From NCBI RefSeq assembly GCF_001677475.2, contig NZ_CP015229.1: DNA of 64,000 nucleotides. One strand, written 5' to 3'. The stretch's first letter is position 1, and each line of letters opens with the position of its first letter. Origin of the DNA: Escherichia coli (GTDB lineage: Bacteria; Pseudomonadota; Gammaproteobacteria; Enterobacterales; Enterobacteriaceae). Below are positions 22,941 to 33,824 of this stretch, one piece after another. The position numbers and the translations under genes are program-made. The notes beneath the pieces were generated by a model. It did no database searches, was not told the origin of the DNA, and saw only the letters and a list, made by a program, of their open reading frames with translations.

Positions 22941-25031
22941 TTACTCAAATCGCCACGCAATATTCATGCCGACACCATAATTTCGTCCGGGCGCAGGTTC
23001 GTAATATCGCCCGTTTGACTCATTGACAATGACAGAACCAACGTATTCTTTATCGAATAAATTATCGACACGACCAAATAAATCCACGGTTAAATTGTGG
23101 TAATTGTATTTATACCCGGTGAATAAGCCGACGAGAGTATAAGACGGCGCTTTTGCCGTATTTTCATCATCTGCCATAATATCGCCCATATAACGCGCTT
23201 CCGTGCCTGCATACCAGCCATCTTCCGGTACATAACCTATCGACGCAAAGCCCATATTACGGGCGATCCCTGGCATCCGATTACCGTTACAATCCTGTTC
23301 GTTGCAAACATTGCTGCGATAGGTCGCATCAAGCCAGGTCCAGGACGCGTTTACGCGAAAATCTCCCGCGAAACGTTGATCCCATGCCAGTTCAGCGCCT
23401 TGACGACGGGTCTTTCCGGCATTTTTGTAAGTCGTACGCCCACCGCTACTGCTATCGACAACAATTTCATCATCGGTGTCGGTCTGGAACAATGCGAGAC
23501 TAAGCAGCCCATCACCAATACGCGTTTTACTGCCGATCTCAATTGTATCGTTGGTGGATGGTTTTAAACCAAAGTTCATACCGCTTTGCCCATCAGCGCG
23601 ATAAGACAGTTCATTAATCGTCGGCGTTTCAAAACCTCGCCCGGCTGCCAGATAGATATTCCAGGCATCGGTCATTGCATATTTTAACGAACCGGCAGGT
23701 AGCCATTTATGATAACTGTCATCGCCGTTACCCGGAGTAACGTAATGGTCGTTGGAATCAAACCACACGGAGCTGTAGCGCACGCCAGCATCCAGCGACA
23801 GTTTTTCGCTCAGCTGCCACTGCGTCTGTAAATAGGGATCGACGTTCCACATCAGATTGCGTTCGTCGCGACGCAACTCACCTTTTTGCCCGTATTCCGG
23901 CACGCCGCTATTCAGGCGGAAGTTATTGTAGCCCTTGCGGTTTTCACTCATGTTTTCGTAGTTCAGGCCGGTAGTGAACGTGACCGGAACGCCCAGTTCA
24001 CCACGGTGTGTCCAGCGGCTGTCTATTCCCTGGTAATGGCGTTGCAGGGTAATCACGCCGCCCGCATGTGACGGGTTAAGTTGTGGTGCCATGGGTATTG
24101 ACTGGTACTGGGTCGTTTCTCGCTCTCCGGCATACATCATCACACTCATATCATCCCGCGAACTCAGGCTACGTTCATAGCGCAACCCAGCCTGAGTTTG
24201 CTTGATGGTTTTTCGCGTGTCGTACTGTTCTGCACGAGGCGCTTGTTGTGGATTCGCCTTCCATTCTGCTTTTGTTAGACCACCTGGGTCATCTGCTTTG
24301 ATATCCACACTATTGAAAATCAGGCTTAATTTGCTGGCTTCATCAATGCGCACGCCCAGTTTGGCATTGGCTAAATTTTTCTGTGCGCCACTATGGTTAC
24401 GATAACCGTGGGTCGTAAAACGCGTGGTTGAGACGGTGTAATCGACATCGCCAGGCTGTGTGCCGTCGCCCGTTACACCCGTTGCTTTCAGCCCATAGCG
24501 CCAGCTGCCAAAACTGCCGTAGTAACTACTGGCTTCAATAGTTGGTGGCAGTTGTCCGGTCTGGGTGGTGACATTCATTACCCCACCAGACGCGTTGCCA
24601 TACAGGGCAGAGAAGGGGCCACGCAGCACTTCCACATTTTGCACACTGCTTAAATCGATGTTGGATGTTTGCCCTTGCCCGTCGGGCATGGTGGCGGGAA
24701 TACCGTCCACATACAGGCGAATACCGCGAATTCCGTAAGTGGAACGGGAGCCAAATCCGCGAATCGACAGCTGTAAATCTTGCGCATAGTTCTGCCGGTT
24801 TTGTACCTGCAAACCAGGCACGCCGGTCAGTGATTCGGACAAGTTAATGCGCGGTGTTGCCAGGCGCATCTCCTTGCCATCCACCACGCTCACGGCTGCA
24901 GGGGTATCCAGTTCTGAAACCACCTGCGGCGCGGCACTGACAATCATGGTCTGTTCATCAGCGGCAAAAACAACGGGGGAAAGAACAAGCAGTGCGGGCA
25001 AAACGGTCTGTCGAACGAAAACAATCTTCAT
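22941..25031 (-). CDS. yncD: TonB-dependent outer membrane receptor YncD
   Basis: 696 aa; signal peptide; C-terminal aromatic residue (…AWRFE) typical of TonB-dependent barrels. Confidence 0.9.
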   Translation of the reverse strand: MKIVFVRQTVLPALLVLSPVVFAADEQTMIVSAAPQVVSELDTPAAVSVVDGKEMRLATPRINLSESLTGVPGLQVQNRQNYAQDLQLSIRGFGSRSTYGIRGIRLYVDGIPATMPDGQGQTSNIDLSSVQNVEVLRGPFSALYGNASGGVMNVTTQTGQLPPTIEASSYYGSFGSWRYGLKATGVTGDGTQPGDVDYTVSTTRFTTHGYRNHSGAQKNLANAKLGVRIDEASKLSLIFNSVDIKADDPGGLTKAEWKANPQQAPRAEQYDTRKTIKQTQAGLRYERSLSSRDDMSVMMYAGERETTQYQSIPMAPQLNPSHAGGVITLQRHYQGIDSRWTHRGELGVPVTFTTGLNYENMSENRKGYNNFRLNSGVPEYGQKGELRRDERNLMWNVDPYLQTQWQLSEKLSLDAGVRYSSVWFDSNDHYVTPGNGDDSYHKWLPAGSLKYAMTDAWNIYLAAGRGFETPTINELSYRADGQSGMNFGLKPSTNDTIEIGSKTRIGDGLLSLALFQTDTDDEIVVDSSSGGRTTYKNAGKTRRQGAELAWDQRFAGDFRVNASWTWLDATYRSNVCNEQDCNGNRMPGIARNMGFASIGYVPEDGWYAGTEARYMGDIMADDENTAKAPSYTLVGLFTGYKYNYHNLTVDLFGRVDNLFDKEYVGSVIVNESNGRYYEPAPGRNYGVGMNIAWRFE

Positions 25032-25271
25032 GAAAAAAGCCAGGTTAAGAATGGGAAAACACCGTCATGGTAATAAAATTGTAAATTTATGGAAAACGAA
25101 ACGGCACGATACGTTAAGTAATTGAGAAAATTGTAGTCGTAACGGCAAGAAATGCTCCACATTTGAGAAAATAATGATTACCATTCCCATTTATAACAAG
25201 AGCGTAACGATGATTACGCTTAGCGAAGCATTGTGAAGCAGCAAAAATATCGGTCATCAAAGGGAGTCGTC

Positions 25272-26333
25272 ATGCATTTACGTCATCTGTTTTCATCGCG
25301 CCTGCGTGGTTCATTACTGTTAGGTTCATTGCTTGTTGCTTCATCATTCAGTACGCAGGCCGCAGAAGAAATGCTGCGTAAAGCGGTAGGTAAAGGTGCC
25401 TACGAAATGGCTTATAGCCAGCAAGAAAACGCGCTGTGGCTCGCCACTTCGCAAAGCCGCAAACTGGATAAAGGCGGCGTGGTTTATCGTCTTGATCCGG
25501 TTACTCTGGAAGTGACCCAGGCGATCCATAACGATCTCAAGCCGTTTGGTGCCACCATCAATAACACGACTCAGACGTTGTGGTTTGGTAACACCGTAAA
25601 CAGCGCGGTCACGGCGATAGATGCCAAAACTGGCGAGGTGAAAGGCCGTCTGGTGCTGGATGATCGTAAGCGCACGGAAGAGGTGCGCCCGCTGCAACCG
25701 CGTGAGCTGGTGGCAGACGATGCCACGAACACCGTTTACATCAGTGGTATTGGTAAAGAGAGCGTGATTTGGGTCGTTGATGGCGAGAATATCAAACTGA
25801 AAACCGCCATCCAGAATACCGGTAAAATGAGTACCGGTCTGGCGCTGGATAGCAAAGGCAAACGTCTTTACACCACTAACGCTGACGGCGAATTGATTAC
25901 CATCGACAGCGCCGACAATAAAATCCTCAGCCGTAAAAAGCTGCTGGATGACGGCAAAGAGCACTTCTTTATCAACATCAGCCTTGATACGGCCAATCAG
26001 CGTGCATTTATCACCGATTCTAAAGCGGCAGAAGTGTTAGTGGTCGATACCCGTAATGGCAATATTCTGGCGAAGGTTGCGGCACCGGAATCACTGGCTG
26101 TGCTGTTTAACCCAGCACGTAATGAAGCCTACGTAACGCATCGTCAGGCAGGTAAAGTCAGTGTGATTGACGCGAAAAGCTATAAAGTGGTGAAAACGTT
26201 CGATACGCCGACTCATCCGAACAGCCTGGCGCTGTCTGCCGATGGTAAAACGCTGTATGTCAGTGTGAAACAAAAATCCACTAAACAGCAGGAAGCAACC
26301 CAGCCGGATGATGTGATTCGTATTACGCTGTAA
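25272..26333 (+). CDS. yncE: Periplasmic beta-propeller protein YncE
   Basis: 353 aa from ATG 25272 with AGGGAG Shine-Dalgarno; signal peptide. Confidence 0.88.
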   Translation: MHLRHLFSSRLRGSLLLGSLLVASSFSTQAAEEMLRKAVGKGAYEMAYSQQENALWLATSQSRKLDKGGVVYRLDPVTLEVTQAIHNDLKPFGATINNTTQTLWFGNTVNSAVTAIDAKTGEVKGRLVLDDRKRTEEVRPLQPRELVADDATNTVYISGIGKESVIWVVDGENIKLKTAIQNTGKMSTGLALDSKGKRLYTTNADGELITIDSADNKILSRKKLLDDGKEHFFINISLDTANQRAFITDSKAAEVLVVDTRNGNILAKVAAPESLAVLFNPARNEAYVTHRQAGKVSVIDAKSYKVVKTFDTPTHPNSLALSADGKTLYVSVKQKSTKQQEATQPDDVIRITL

Positions 26334-26445
26334 TAGATATGGCGAGGGTGAAAACTGAGAGACGTGCCTGACTTTTATCACGCCGTATCCGGCACCTTCG
26401 TCAGTAATTTGAATTTGCCCGGCACGTAGCCGGGCAATTTTGCAA

Positions 26446-27945
26446 TTAACTCGCCGTTTCAGGTTTAAACACAATTTCCTGTTTTTCTTCATCTTCCTCG
26501 ACGACTGGCGCAGTGCTGTGAATTTCAGCAACGCGTTTGCGCACACCAAACCAGCCTATAACCAGCAGAATACCGATAATCGGCAGCGCCGCGATGGTAT
26601 AAGTCCCGTTCGGGTAATCGAATGCCATCAGCACCAGGACACTCAGTAAAAACAGTAATGTCAGCCAGGAAGTGAAGGGCGCGCCAGGCAGTTTAAAACT
26701 GACATCCGCTGCTTTGCCTTCTTTAATCGCTTTACGCAGGCGCATCTGGCACACGATGATAAACGCCCATGAAGCGATGATTCCCAGCGACGCGAAGTTC
26801 AACACAATCTCAAATACGCGCGACGGCACCAGATAGTTGAGGAATACGCCGACGACATAAACGACCAGTGTCGCCAGAATCCCGGCATACGGCACATGCT
26901 GACGGCTCATTTTCGCCATAAAACTCGGTGCGGAACCGCCCATCGCCATCGAGCGTAGAATACGTCCGGTGCAGTACAGACCTGAGTTCAGGCTGGAGAG
27001 GGCAGCGGTCAGCACCACAATGTTCATAATGCTGCCGATGTACGGCACACCCAGTTTAGAGAAAAACGTCACGAACGGACTTTGCCCAGCCTGATACGCG
27101 CTCCACGGCAATAACATAACCAGCAACACCACGGAGCCGACGTAAAACAGGCCAATACGCCAAATCACACTGTTAATCGCTTTAGGCACCATGGTCTGCG
27201 GATCTTTACATTCTCCGGCAGCTGTACCCACCATTTCAATGGAGGCAAAAGCAAACACTACGCCCTGAATCAACACCAGAGCAGGAAGCAAACCGTGGGG
27301 GAAGAAGCCGCCATTATCGGTGATTAAATGAAAGCCAGTGGTGTTGCCATCCAGCGGCTGACCACTACCGAGGAACACTGTACCCACGACCAAAAAGGTC
27401 ACAATGGCGAGCACTTTAATAAGCGCAAACCAGAACTCCATCTCCGCAAACCATTTCACACCAATCATATTCATGGTGCCAACGATGGTAAGTGCAGCGA
27501 GCGCAAAGACCCACTGCGGCACGCCGCCAAACGCCCCCCAGTAATGCATATACAGCGCTACAGCGGTGATATCGACAATCCCCGTCATCGCCCAGTTAAT
27601 GAAGTACATCCAGCCTGCAACGTAAGCGGCTTTCTCTCCTAAAAACTCACGGGCATAAGAGACAAAGCTGCCACTGGAAGGGCGATGTAACACCAGCTCA
27701 CCCAATGCACGCAGAATAAAAAACGAAAACAGGCCACATATTAAATAAACCAGTGCCAGCGCAGGACCCGCCATTTGCAGTCGGGCTCCTGCACCTAAAA
27801 ACAAGCCGGTGCCAATCGCGCCGCCAATGGCGATCATCTGCACCTGGCGATTGCCCATCGCTTTGTGATACCCCTCTTCGTGGGCATTAAGCCAGCGGCG
27901 TTTCGCGGCGTGTTGATCTGGAGTGTCGGTGTCGTGTTTACTCAT
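26446..27945 (-). CDS. ansP: L-asparagine permease (APC family)
   Basis: 499 aa from ATG (complement of 27943-27945); polytopic amino acid permease sequence. Confidence 0.92.
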   Translation of the reverse strand: MSKHDTDTPDQHAAKRRWLNAHEEGYHKAMGNRQVQMIAIGGAIGTGLFLGAGARLQMAGPALALVYLICGLFSFFILRALGELVLHRPSSGSFVSYAREFLGEKAAYVAGWMYFINWAMTGIVDITAVALYMHYWGAFGGVPQWVFALAALTIVGTMNMIGVKWFAEMEFWFALIKVLAIVTFLVVGTVFLGSGQPLDGNTTGFHLITDNGGFFPHGLLPALVLIQGVVFAFASIEMVGTAAGECKDPQTMVPKAINSVIWRIGLFYVGSVVLLVMLLPWSAYQAGQSPFVTFFSKLGVPYIGSIMNIVVLTAALSSLNSGLYCTGRILRSMAMGGSAPSFMAKMSRQHVPYAGILATLVVYVVGVFLNYLVPSRVFEIVLNFASLGIIASWAFIIVCQMRLRKAIKEGKAADVSFKLPGAPFTSWLTLLFLLSVLVLMAFDYPNGTYTIAALPIIGILLVIGWFGVRKRVAEIHSTAPVVEEDEEKQEIVFKPETAS

Positions 27946-28295
27946 TGCTCTCCCTGATTGCTTTAATGAAAAAGTCATATAAGTTGCCATGAACAATGTT
28001 TATTCATCCTGGCGATGACAAGATTCACCATTATTCTTTATGGGTATAACTGTCGGCGCAGAATCCTACCTTTTATCGTGTAACGATGCAAAATAATCCC
28101 GCTATAAATATGAGGGGATAAAGGCGGCCGGCAACAAAATAGCAACCTGATGAAATTTTGACGGAAACAACCACTATTGGTTTGATGATGCCCGACGGCA
28201 GTCCTACTCTTGCGCCACTCGTTCGTCGCTCTGAACGCCAGTGGTTGCAGTGGACACTGGCGTGGTTGGCTCATTGAATAGTGAGGTGCTAGCAC

Positions 28296-28472
28296 ATGAC
28301 GGGTTTCAGGGGTAATACACCAAATACCAATACAATTGCTGATTATATGAGCCAATTGCCGATGTTACAGAAAAGGCTAAAAAATGTAAGAGGCATGCAG
28401 GATGATAAACGCGCTATTGCCCAACAGGGGTTTCTGGAATTAGTCCTGTTCCATGGTCATTACAACTCTTAA
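28296..28472 (+). CDS. Hypothetical small protein (58 aa)
   Basis: ATG 28296 preceded by GAGGTG about 8 nt upstream; no recognisable family; not in ORF track (under 60 aa). Confidence 0.25.
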   Translation: MTGFRGNTPNTNTIADYMSQLPMLQKRLKNVRGMQDDKRAIAQQGFLELVLFHGHYNS

Positions 28473-28882
28473 AACATTACTTCAATATAATTAATGTGTA
28501 TATCATTCCCGATATTAATTTATGAAGTGAATTTGATATATTCCGAATTCTTAATTTACATTACTAATGTATGGGGCATAACGTTAAGATTGCTATGTGC
28601 AGATTAACATATCAGGGTGGGGCGGTAGCGTTTACAGATATTAATCAATTGATGAGAATTATGTTAACTGCGTAATCATTTGCATCGATTATTGATATTG
28701 AAGATAGATTAATAAAAATGCTGAGAATTAATGTTAAAAAATCATAACGGGAAACGTTGATAACTTGCTTTGATTTCATTTTCTATGAAGATGATGTCAT
28801 CAATACTGTATAAAGTGGAAATGTTGAACATCAAAGAGCGTTTGTGTTTTATCTGAAAGATATTATTTCCAGGGGGAAGGAT

Positions 28883-29013
28883 ATGTCATTAAGGAGAATG
28901 ACATCTGGTGAATTAACATTGGCCAGATCGATTTTTGAGAATACAATTGATTATAGCAAGGTATGGATCCACAATGAAAAATATTTGCCTGGTCAAGGGG
29001 AAAGAACAGCGAT
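28883..29013 (+). pseudogene. 5' portion of a host ORF interrupted by the prophage left end
   Basis: ATG 28883 with strong GGGGGAAGGA Shine-Dalgarno; the reading frame runs straight across the Mu-type end at 29014 into phage sequence, so the track ORF 28844..29083 is a host-phage fusion. Confidence 0.45.
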
Positions 29014-29040
29014 TGTATTGATTCACTTGAAGTACGAAAA
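29014..29040 (+). repeat. Prophage left terminal transposase-binding site (L1-like)
   Basis: Begins with 5'-TG; sequence matches the recalled Mu attL terminus. Confidence 0.75.
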
Positions 29041-29352
29041 AAACCGGGAGGACATTGGATTATTCGGGATTTGGCGGGATTAGATTTAGTGGGGCTTGCA
29101 AGCCTGTAGGACAGATTTTAGCCGTTACATCTTGAAACGCGAAAGATTGTTGGAAACAGCTTTTGATTCATTAAAGACACGAAAAGCAATTACTTCACGC
29201 ATCATTTCAAGTACAGCTTCAAAAATGCTTCAAAAACGGTAACAACCAGGCTTTCGGCAAGTGATGTGTGTCAAAAACAATCATCACTGTTTGGGTATCT
29301 TACATATGTAATTACCTAGAGTGAAGTTTATGTCTTAGCTATTACCTGGTTG

Positions 29353-29877
29353 TTATACAGCTTTCTTTACATCGTTTTCTCTTACAGGGAAATTATGTTC
29401 TTTGCCTTCATACTGAGACAAAATCTCTCTCACTTTTTCAGGTGGTAATGCCTGAAGAGTTTGCAGGGTTTTCTGTTGATCCACAGTAATCCCTAATGCC
29501 TCTAATGCCTTATCTTTACTGACAATTGTAGGCATAAGTCCTTTAATCCCTGCTACACGAATGATCTCCACAGCTGCGGCCTGCTCATCTGGTGTTAAGA
29601 AGCTCATTGCATAAATTAGCCTCTCATCAACTGTATGGGCGATTGATGTATGCACTGGTTTATCAGAAAGTGAGGCTCCTTTAATGGCCCTACGTGTTTC
29701 TTCTGGCAGACTGTTGATGTGATACTCATAAGCGACACCTTTCCCACCGTGACGCTGACGTTTTACCCAATCTTCCGCCACAGCTTTCCTGGTAATGTTA
29801 GTCGCCAACTTTGGTACACCAGGCATCCCTTCCAGCTCTTTCGCATTAAACCATTCTTTGATTTCAAAAGACATCAT
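29353..29877 (-). CDS. c: Transposable-phage repressor (Mu c / D108 repressor family)
   Basis: 174 aa, divergent from ner-A-B; N-terminal about 60 aa are roughly 50 percent identical to the N-terminus of the adjacent transposase. Confidence 0.8.
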   Translation of the reverse strand: MMSFEIKEWFNAKELEGMPGVPKLATNITRKAVAEDWVKRQRHGGKGVAYEYHINSLPEETRRAIKGASLSDKPVHTSIAHTVDERLIYAMSFLTPDEQAAAVEIIRVAGIKGLMPTIVSKDKALEALGITVDQQKTLQTLQALPPEKVREILSQYEGKEHNFPVRENDVKKAV

Positions 29878-30062
29878 TTAAAATCCTAGCGATTTCAATA
29901 GAGACAAAATAAATTCATATAAAAATCATGCCGTTATATGAAATCATGGTAAATACTTTCAAATCTCTATTGATTTGAAAATGATTCCACACTACATTGC
30001 ACGATATGCCGTGAGCTACTTTATAGCGTAGCTCACGGGGGAATCTGAAAGGATTACATGAA
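29878..30062. promoter_or_regulatory. Early operator/promoter region between divergent c and ner
   Basis: AT-rich 185-bp divergent intergenic region with several inverted repeats (for example TCAAAT..ATTTGA at about 29958-29978). Confidence 0.6.
30009..30038. promoter_or_regulatory. Perfect inverted repeat CCGTGAGCTAC-N8-GTAGCTCACGG; candidate Ner operator
   Basis: 11-bp arms at 30009-30019 and 30028-30038 with AT-rich 8-bp spacer, 25 bp upstream of ner. Confidence 0.5.
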
Positions 30063-30284
30063 ATGCATATGAATAAAAGAACTAACCGCCAAGATTGGCA
30101 CAGAGCTGACATCGTTGCAGAGCTACGAAAACGCAATATGTCACTAGCTGAATTGGGAAGATCTAATCATCTTTCGTCTTCAACATTAAAAAATGCTTTG
30201 GATAAGAGATATCCGAAAGCGGAGAAAATCATTGCAGATGCACTGGGAATGACACCGCAAGATATTTGGCCGTCTCGATACTAG
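30063..30284 (+). CDS. ner: Ner-family DNA-binding protein (early-operon negative regulator)
   Basis: 73 aa; motifs [14 protein letters not shown] and IWPSRY shared with Mu Ner and E. coli Nlp. Confidence 0.85.
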
Positions 30285-30291
30285 GTGCGCT

Positions 30292-32280
30292 ATGAAAGAA
30301 TGGTATACAGCAAAAGAGTTGCTCGGTTTGGCAGGTTTACCAAAGCAAGCCACTAACATTACACGTAAGGCACAAAGAGAAGGCTGGGAGTTCAGGCAGG
30401 TTGCAGGGACTAAAGGTGTATCATTTGAATTCAATATCAAATCATTCCCTGTCGCATTACGTGCTGAAATTCTGTTGCAACAAGGGAGAATTGAAACAAG
30501 CCAGGGGTATTTTGAAATCGCCCGCCCCACGCTGGAAGCCCACGATTACGATCGCGGGGCACTGTGGAGCAAATGGGATAAAGCCAGCGATTCCCAGCGC
30601 AGACTTGCTGAAAAATGGTTGCCTGCAGTTCAGGCCGCAGACGAAATGCTGAACCAGGGGATTTCAACAAAAACGGCTTTTGCGACCGTTGCAGGACATT
30701 ACCAGGTCAGCGCATCCACTTTGCGAGACAAGTATTACCAGGTACAGAAGTTTGCGAAGCCTGACTGGGCGGCTGCACTTGTTGATGGACGTGGTGCATC
30801 TCGTCGCAATGTTCACAAAAGTGAATTTGACGAGGATGCCTGGCAGTTTCTGATTGCAGATTATCTGCGACCGGAAAAACCCGCCTTCCGCAAATGTTAT
30901 GAGCGTCTGGAACTGGCAGCCCGCGAGCATGGCTGGAGTATTCCCTCCCGTGCCACGGCCTTTCGCCGGATTCAGCAACTGGACGAGGCAATGGTTGTTG
31001 CCTGTCGTGAAGGTGAACATGCACTGATGCATCTGATACCGGCACAGCAGCGAACTGTGGAACACCTGGACGCCATGCAGTGGATCAACGGCGACGGTTA
31101 TCTGCATAACGTCTTTGTACGCTGGTTTAACGGTGATGTGATCCGCCCGAAAACATGGTTCTGGCAGGATGTGAAAACCCGAAAAATTCTGGGCTGGCGC
31201 TGCGATGTGAGCGAGAACATTGATTCAATTCGCCTCTCGTTCATGGATGTGGTGACACGCTACGGCATCCCGGAAGATTTTCACATCACCATTGATAACA
31301 CCCGTGGGGCAGCGAATAAATGGCTGACGGGGGGCGCGCCCAATCGTTACCGCTTTAAGGTGAAAGAGGACGATCCAAAGGGACTGTTTTTACTGATGGG
31401 CGCGAAAATGCACTGGACAAGCGTTGTTGCCGGTAAAGGCTGGGGCCAGGCAAAACCTGTTGAACGTGCTTTCGGTGTTGGTGGGCTTGAGGAATACGTT
31501 GATAAGCATCCGGCACTGGCTGGCGCATATACGGGGCCAAATCCGCAGGCAAAACCTGATAACTATGGCGACCGTGCTGTTGATGCAGAGCTGTTTCTGA
31601 AAACCCTTGCTGAAGGTGTGGCGATGTTCAATGCCAGAACAGGCCGTGAAACAGAAATGTGCGGGGGCAAACTCTCGTTTGATGATGTTTTCGAGCGTGA
31701 ATACGCCAGAACGATTGTGCGTAAGCCAACCGAAGAACAAAAACGGATGCTGTTACTGCCTGCCGAAGCGGTGAACGTTTCACGCAAAGGCGAGTTTACG
31801 CTTAAAGTTGGCGGCTCCCTTAAAGGCGCGAAAAACGTTTATTACAACATGGCGTTAATGAATGCAGGCGTGAAAAAAGTTGTGGTCAGGTTTGATCCGC
31901 AGCAGCTACACAGCACAGTTTATTGCTACACCCTGGACGGTCGGTTTATCTGTGAAGCGGAATGTCTGGCACCTGTTGCATTTAATGATGCTGCGGCAGG
32001 CCGTGAATATCGCCGCCGCCAGAAACAACTGAAATCTGCAACTAAAGCAGCCATTAAGGCGCAGAAACAAATGGACGCGCTGGAAGTTGCTGAACTGCTG
32101 CCGCAGATAGCCGAACCAGCAGCACCAGAATCAAGGGTTGTTGGTATTTTCCGGCCTGTGGGTAACACAGTACGGGTTAAATATCGCACCCCCGATGATA
32201 AATACGAACCCGCTCGTGATGAATATCTGAATCAGTCACTGGATATTCTGGAACAGAAAAGACGTAAAAAAGCCATTTAA
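30292..32280 (+). CDS. A: DDE transposase (MuA family)
   Basis: 662 aa; Mu-transposase-like sequence throughout; N-terminal domain shared with the repressor. Confidence 0.93.
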
Positions 32281-32318
32281 TTAACGTTTAAACAAAATTT
32301 AATTACGAGGTTATTTAG

Positions 32319-33278
32319 ATGAATATTTCCGATATTCGCGCAGGACTGCGCACGCTTGTAGACAATGGAGAAACCACGCTGACACGCATCGCCAGTGAAT
32401 CAGGCGTGGCCCTGAGCACAGTCAGTGGTTTTGTGAATGATAAATATAACGGCAACATGGAATCAGTCGGGCGCACACTGGAACGCTGGCTGGAAAACTA
32501 TCACCGCGCAGAAGAACTGCCGGAACCCCCGCGTTTTGTGGAAACTGCAACAGCCCGTCAAATCTGGACAAGTATGCGTTTTGCTAATCTGACCGGAACC
32601 ATTGCTGTTATCTGTGGCAATCCAGGAGTGGGTAAAAGCGAAGCAGCCCGTGAATTTTGTCGCACTAATAATAATGTCTGGATGATCACCATCGCGCCAT
32701 CCCGTGCCAGTACGCTGGAATGTCTGACTGAACTTGCCGAAGAGTTGGGAATGAATAATGCACCCTGTCGCAAAGGGCCGCTTTCCCGTAATCTGCGTCG
32801 CCGCCTGAAAGGGACGCAGGGACTGGTCATTGTTGACGAAGCTGATCACCTTGACACCGAAGCGCTGGAAGAGCTCCGTCTGTTACAGGAGTCCGCCTGT
32901 ATTGGTCTGGTTCTGATGGGGAATCACCGTGTTTATTCAAATATGACCGCTAATGGCGACAGAACAATTGAGTTTGCCCGTCTGTTTTCCCGTATTGCAA
33001 AGCGCACAGCAATTAATAAAACCAAAGAAGACGATGTAAACGCAATTGCGGATGCCTGGCAGATTACCGGGAAAAATGAACGGGAATTATTACAGCAGAT
33101 TGCACAAACGCCTGGTGCGCTCCGCATTATGAATCAAACGCTGCGCCTTGCTGTTATGAATGCCTTCGGTAAAGGCGAACGTGTTAATGAGGATTATCTG
33201 CGTGAGGCTTACAAAGAGTTAGACCAGGACGTTGATGTTTCGATGCTGCTGGGTGTGCAAGGGGATGCTGAATCATGA
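32319..33278 (+). CDS. B: Transposition ATPase / target DNA activator (MuB family)
   Basis: 319 aa; Walker A GNPGVGKS; immediately downstream of A. Confidence 0.9.
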   Translation: MNISDIRAGLRTLVDNGETTLTRIASESGVALSTVSGFVNDKYNGNMESVGRTLERWLENYHRAEELPEPPRFVETATARQIWTSMRFANLTGTIAVICGNPGVGKSEAAREFCRTNNNVWMITIAPSRASTLECLTELAEELGMNNAPCRKGPLSRNLRRRLKGTQGLVIVDEADHLDTEALEELRLLQESACIGLVLMGNHRVYSNMTANGDRTIEFARLFSRIAKRTAINKTKEDDVNAIADAWQITGKNERELLQQIAQTPGALRIMNQTLRLAVMNAFGKGERVNEDYLREAYKELDQDVDVSMLLGVQGDAES

Positions 33279-33502
33279 TGTCACGGAATATCAAAATGGC
33301 AACGGAAGTAAAGAGCTGGTTACAGGAGCGCGGCAGCCACGTCAACGAATCCTGGCTGGGCGTGGCCCGCCCGGTGCTTGAAATCACCTGCCCACCACCG
33401 GAGCTTGTCAGGAATGCTGTCAGGATTATGGAGCGTAAATCAGGGGTTGCCCGTTCAGTCTGGACGGCCCGCCTTAATGGTTGCCAGATTATCTGGCGTT
33501 AA
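33275..33502 (+). CDS. Hypothetical early protein (positional analogue of Mu Kil)
   Basis: 75 aa; ATGA overlap with B stop; assignment by position only. Confidence 0.4.
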   Translation: MMSRNIKMATEVKSWLQERGSHVNESWLGVARPVLEITCPPPELVRNAVRIMERKSGVARSVWTARLNGCQIIWR

Positions 33503-33534
33503 TAACGGCTTATTTATTTGTGAGGAATAACAAA

Positions 33535-33804
33535 ATGGCAAAAGTAATCTTTGAATTTAACCGCATGGAAGATGTTGAGTTTCAGAAAAAAGGAGGTTTC
33601 TTTGTAGGAATGAGTGTGCAACTGGAAGAACAGTCTCCTAAGGAGCAAACCGGACCGCATGACGTGATGGCAGTCATTATCAAGAGCATGGCTCCTGAAA
33701 TTATTGAAAAAGCAACCCAGGAGTTGTTGAAGTCAGCCAGAGAACTTGGGCTGGAAGCCGAAGGCGAGTTATTCCGGTATAACCCGGATGCAGCTAAATA
33801 TTAA
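33535..33804 (+). CDS. Hypothetical early protein
   Basis: 89 aa from ATG 33535 with GAGGAA Shine-Dalgarno. Confidence 0.5.
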   Translation: MAKVIFEFNRMEDVEFQKKGGFFVGMSVQLEEQSPKEQTGPHDVMAVIIKSMAPEIIEKATQELLKSARELGLEAEGELFRYNPDAAKY

Positions 33805-33824
33805 TTCGCAAAGGAACGCTGACA

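Noticed and set aside
28038-28355. 105-aa minus-strand ORF upstream of ansP
   Set aside because: Lies in the ansP promoter region with no ribosome-binding site and an implausible Cys/Arg-rich composition.
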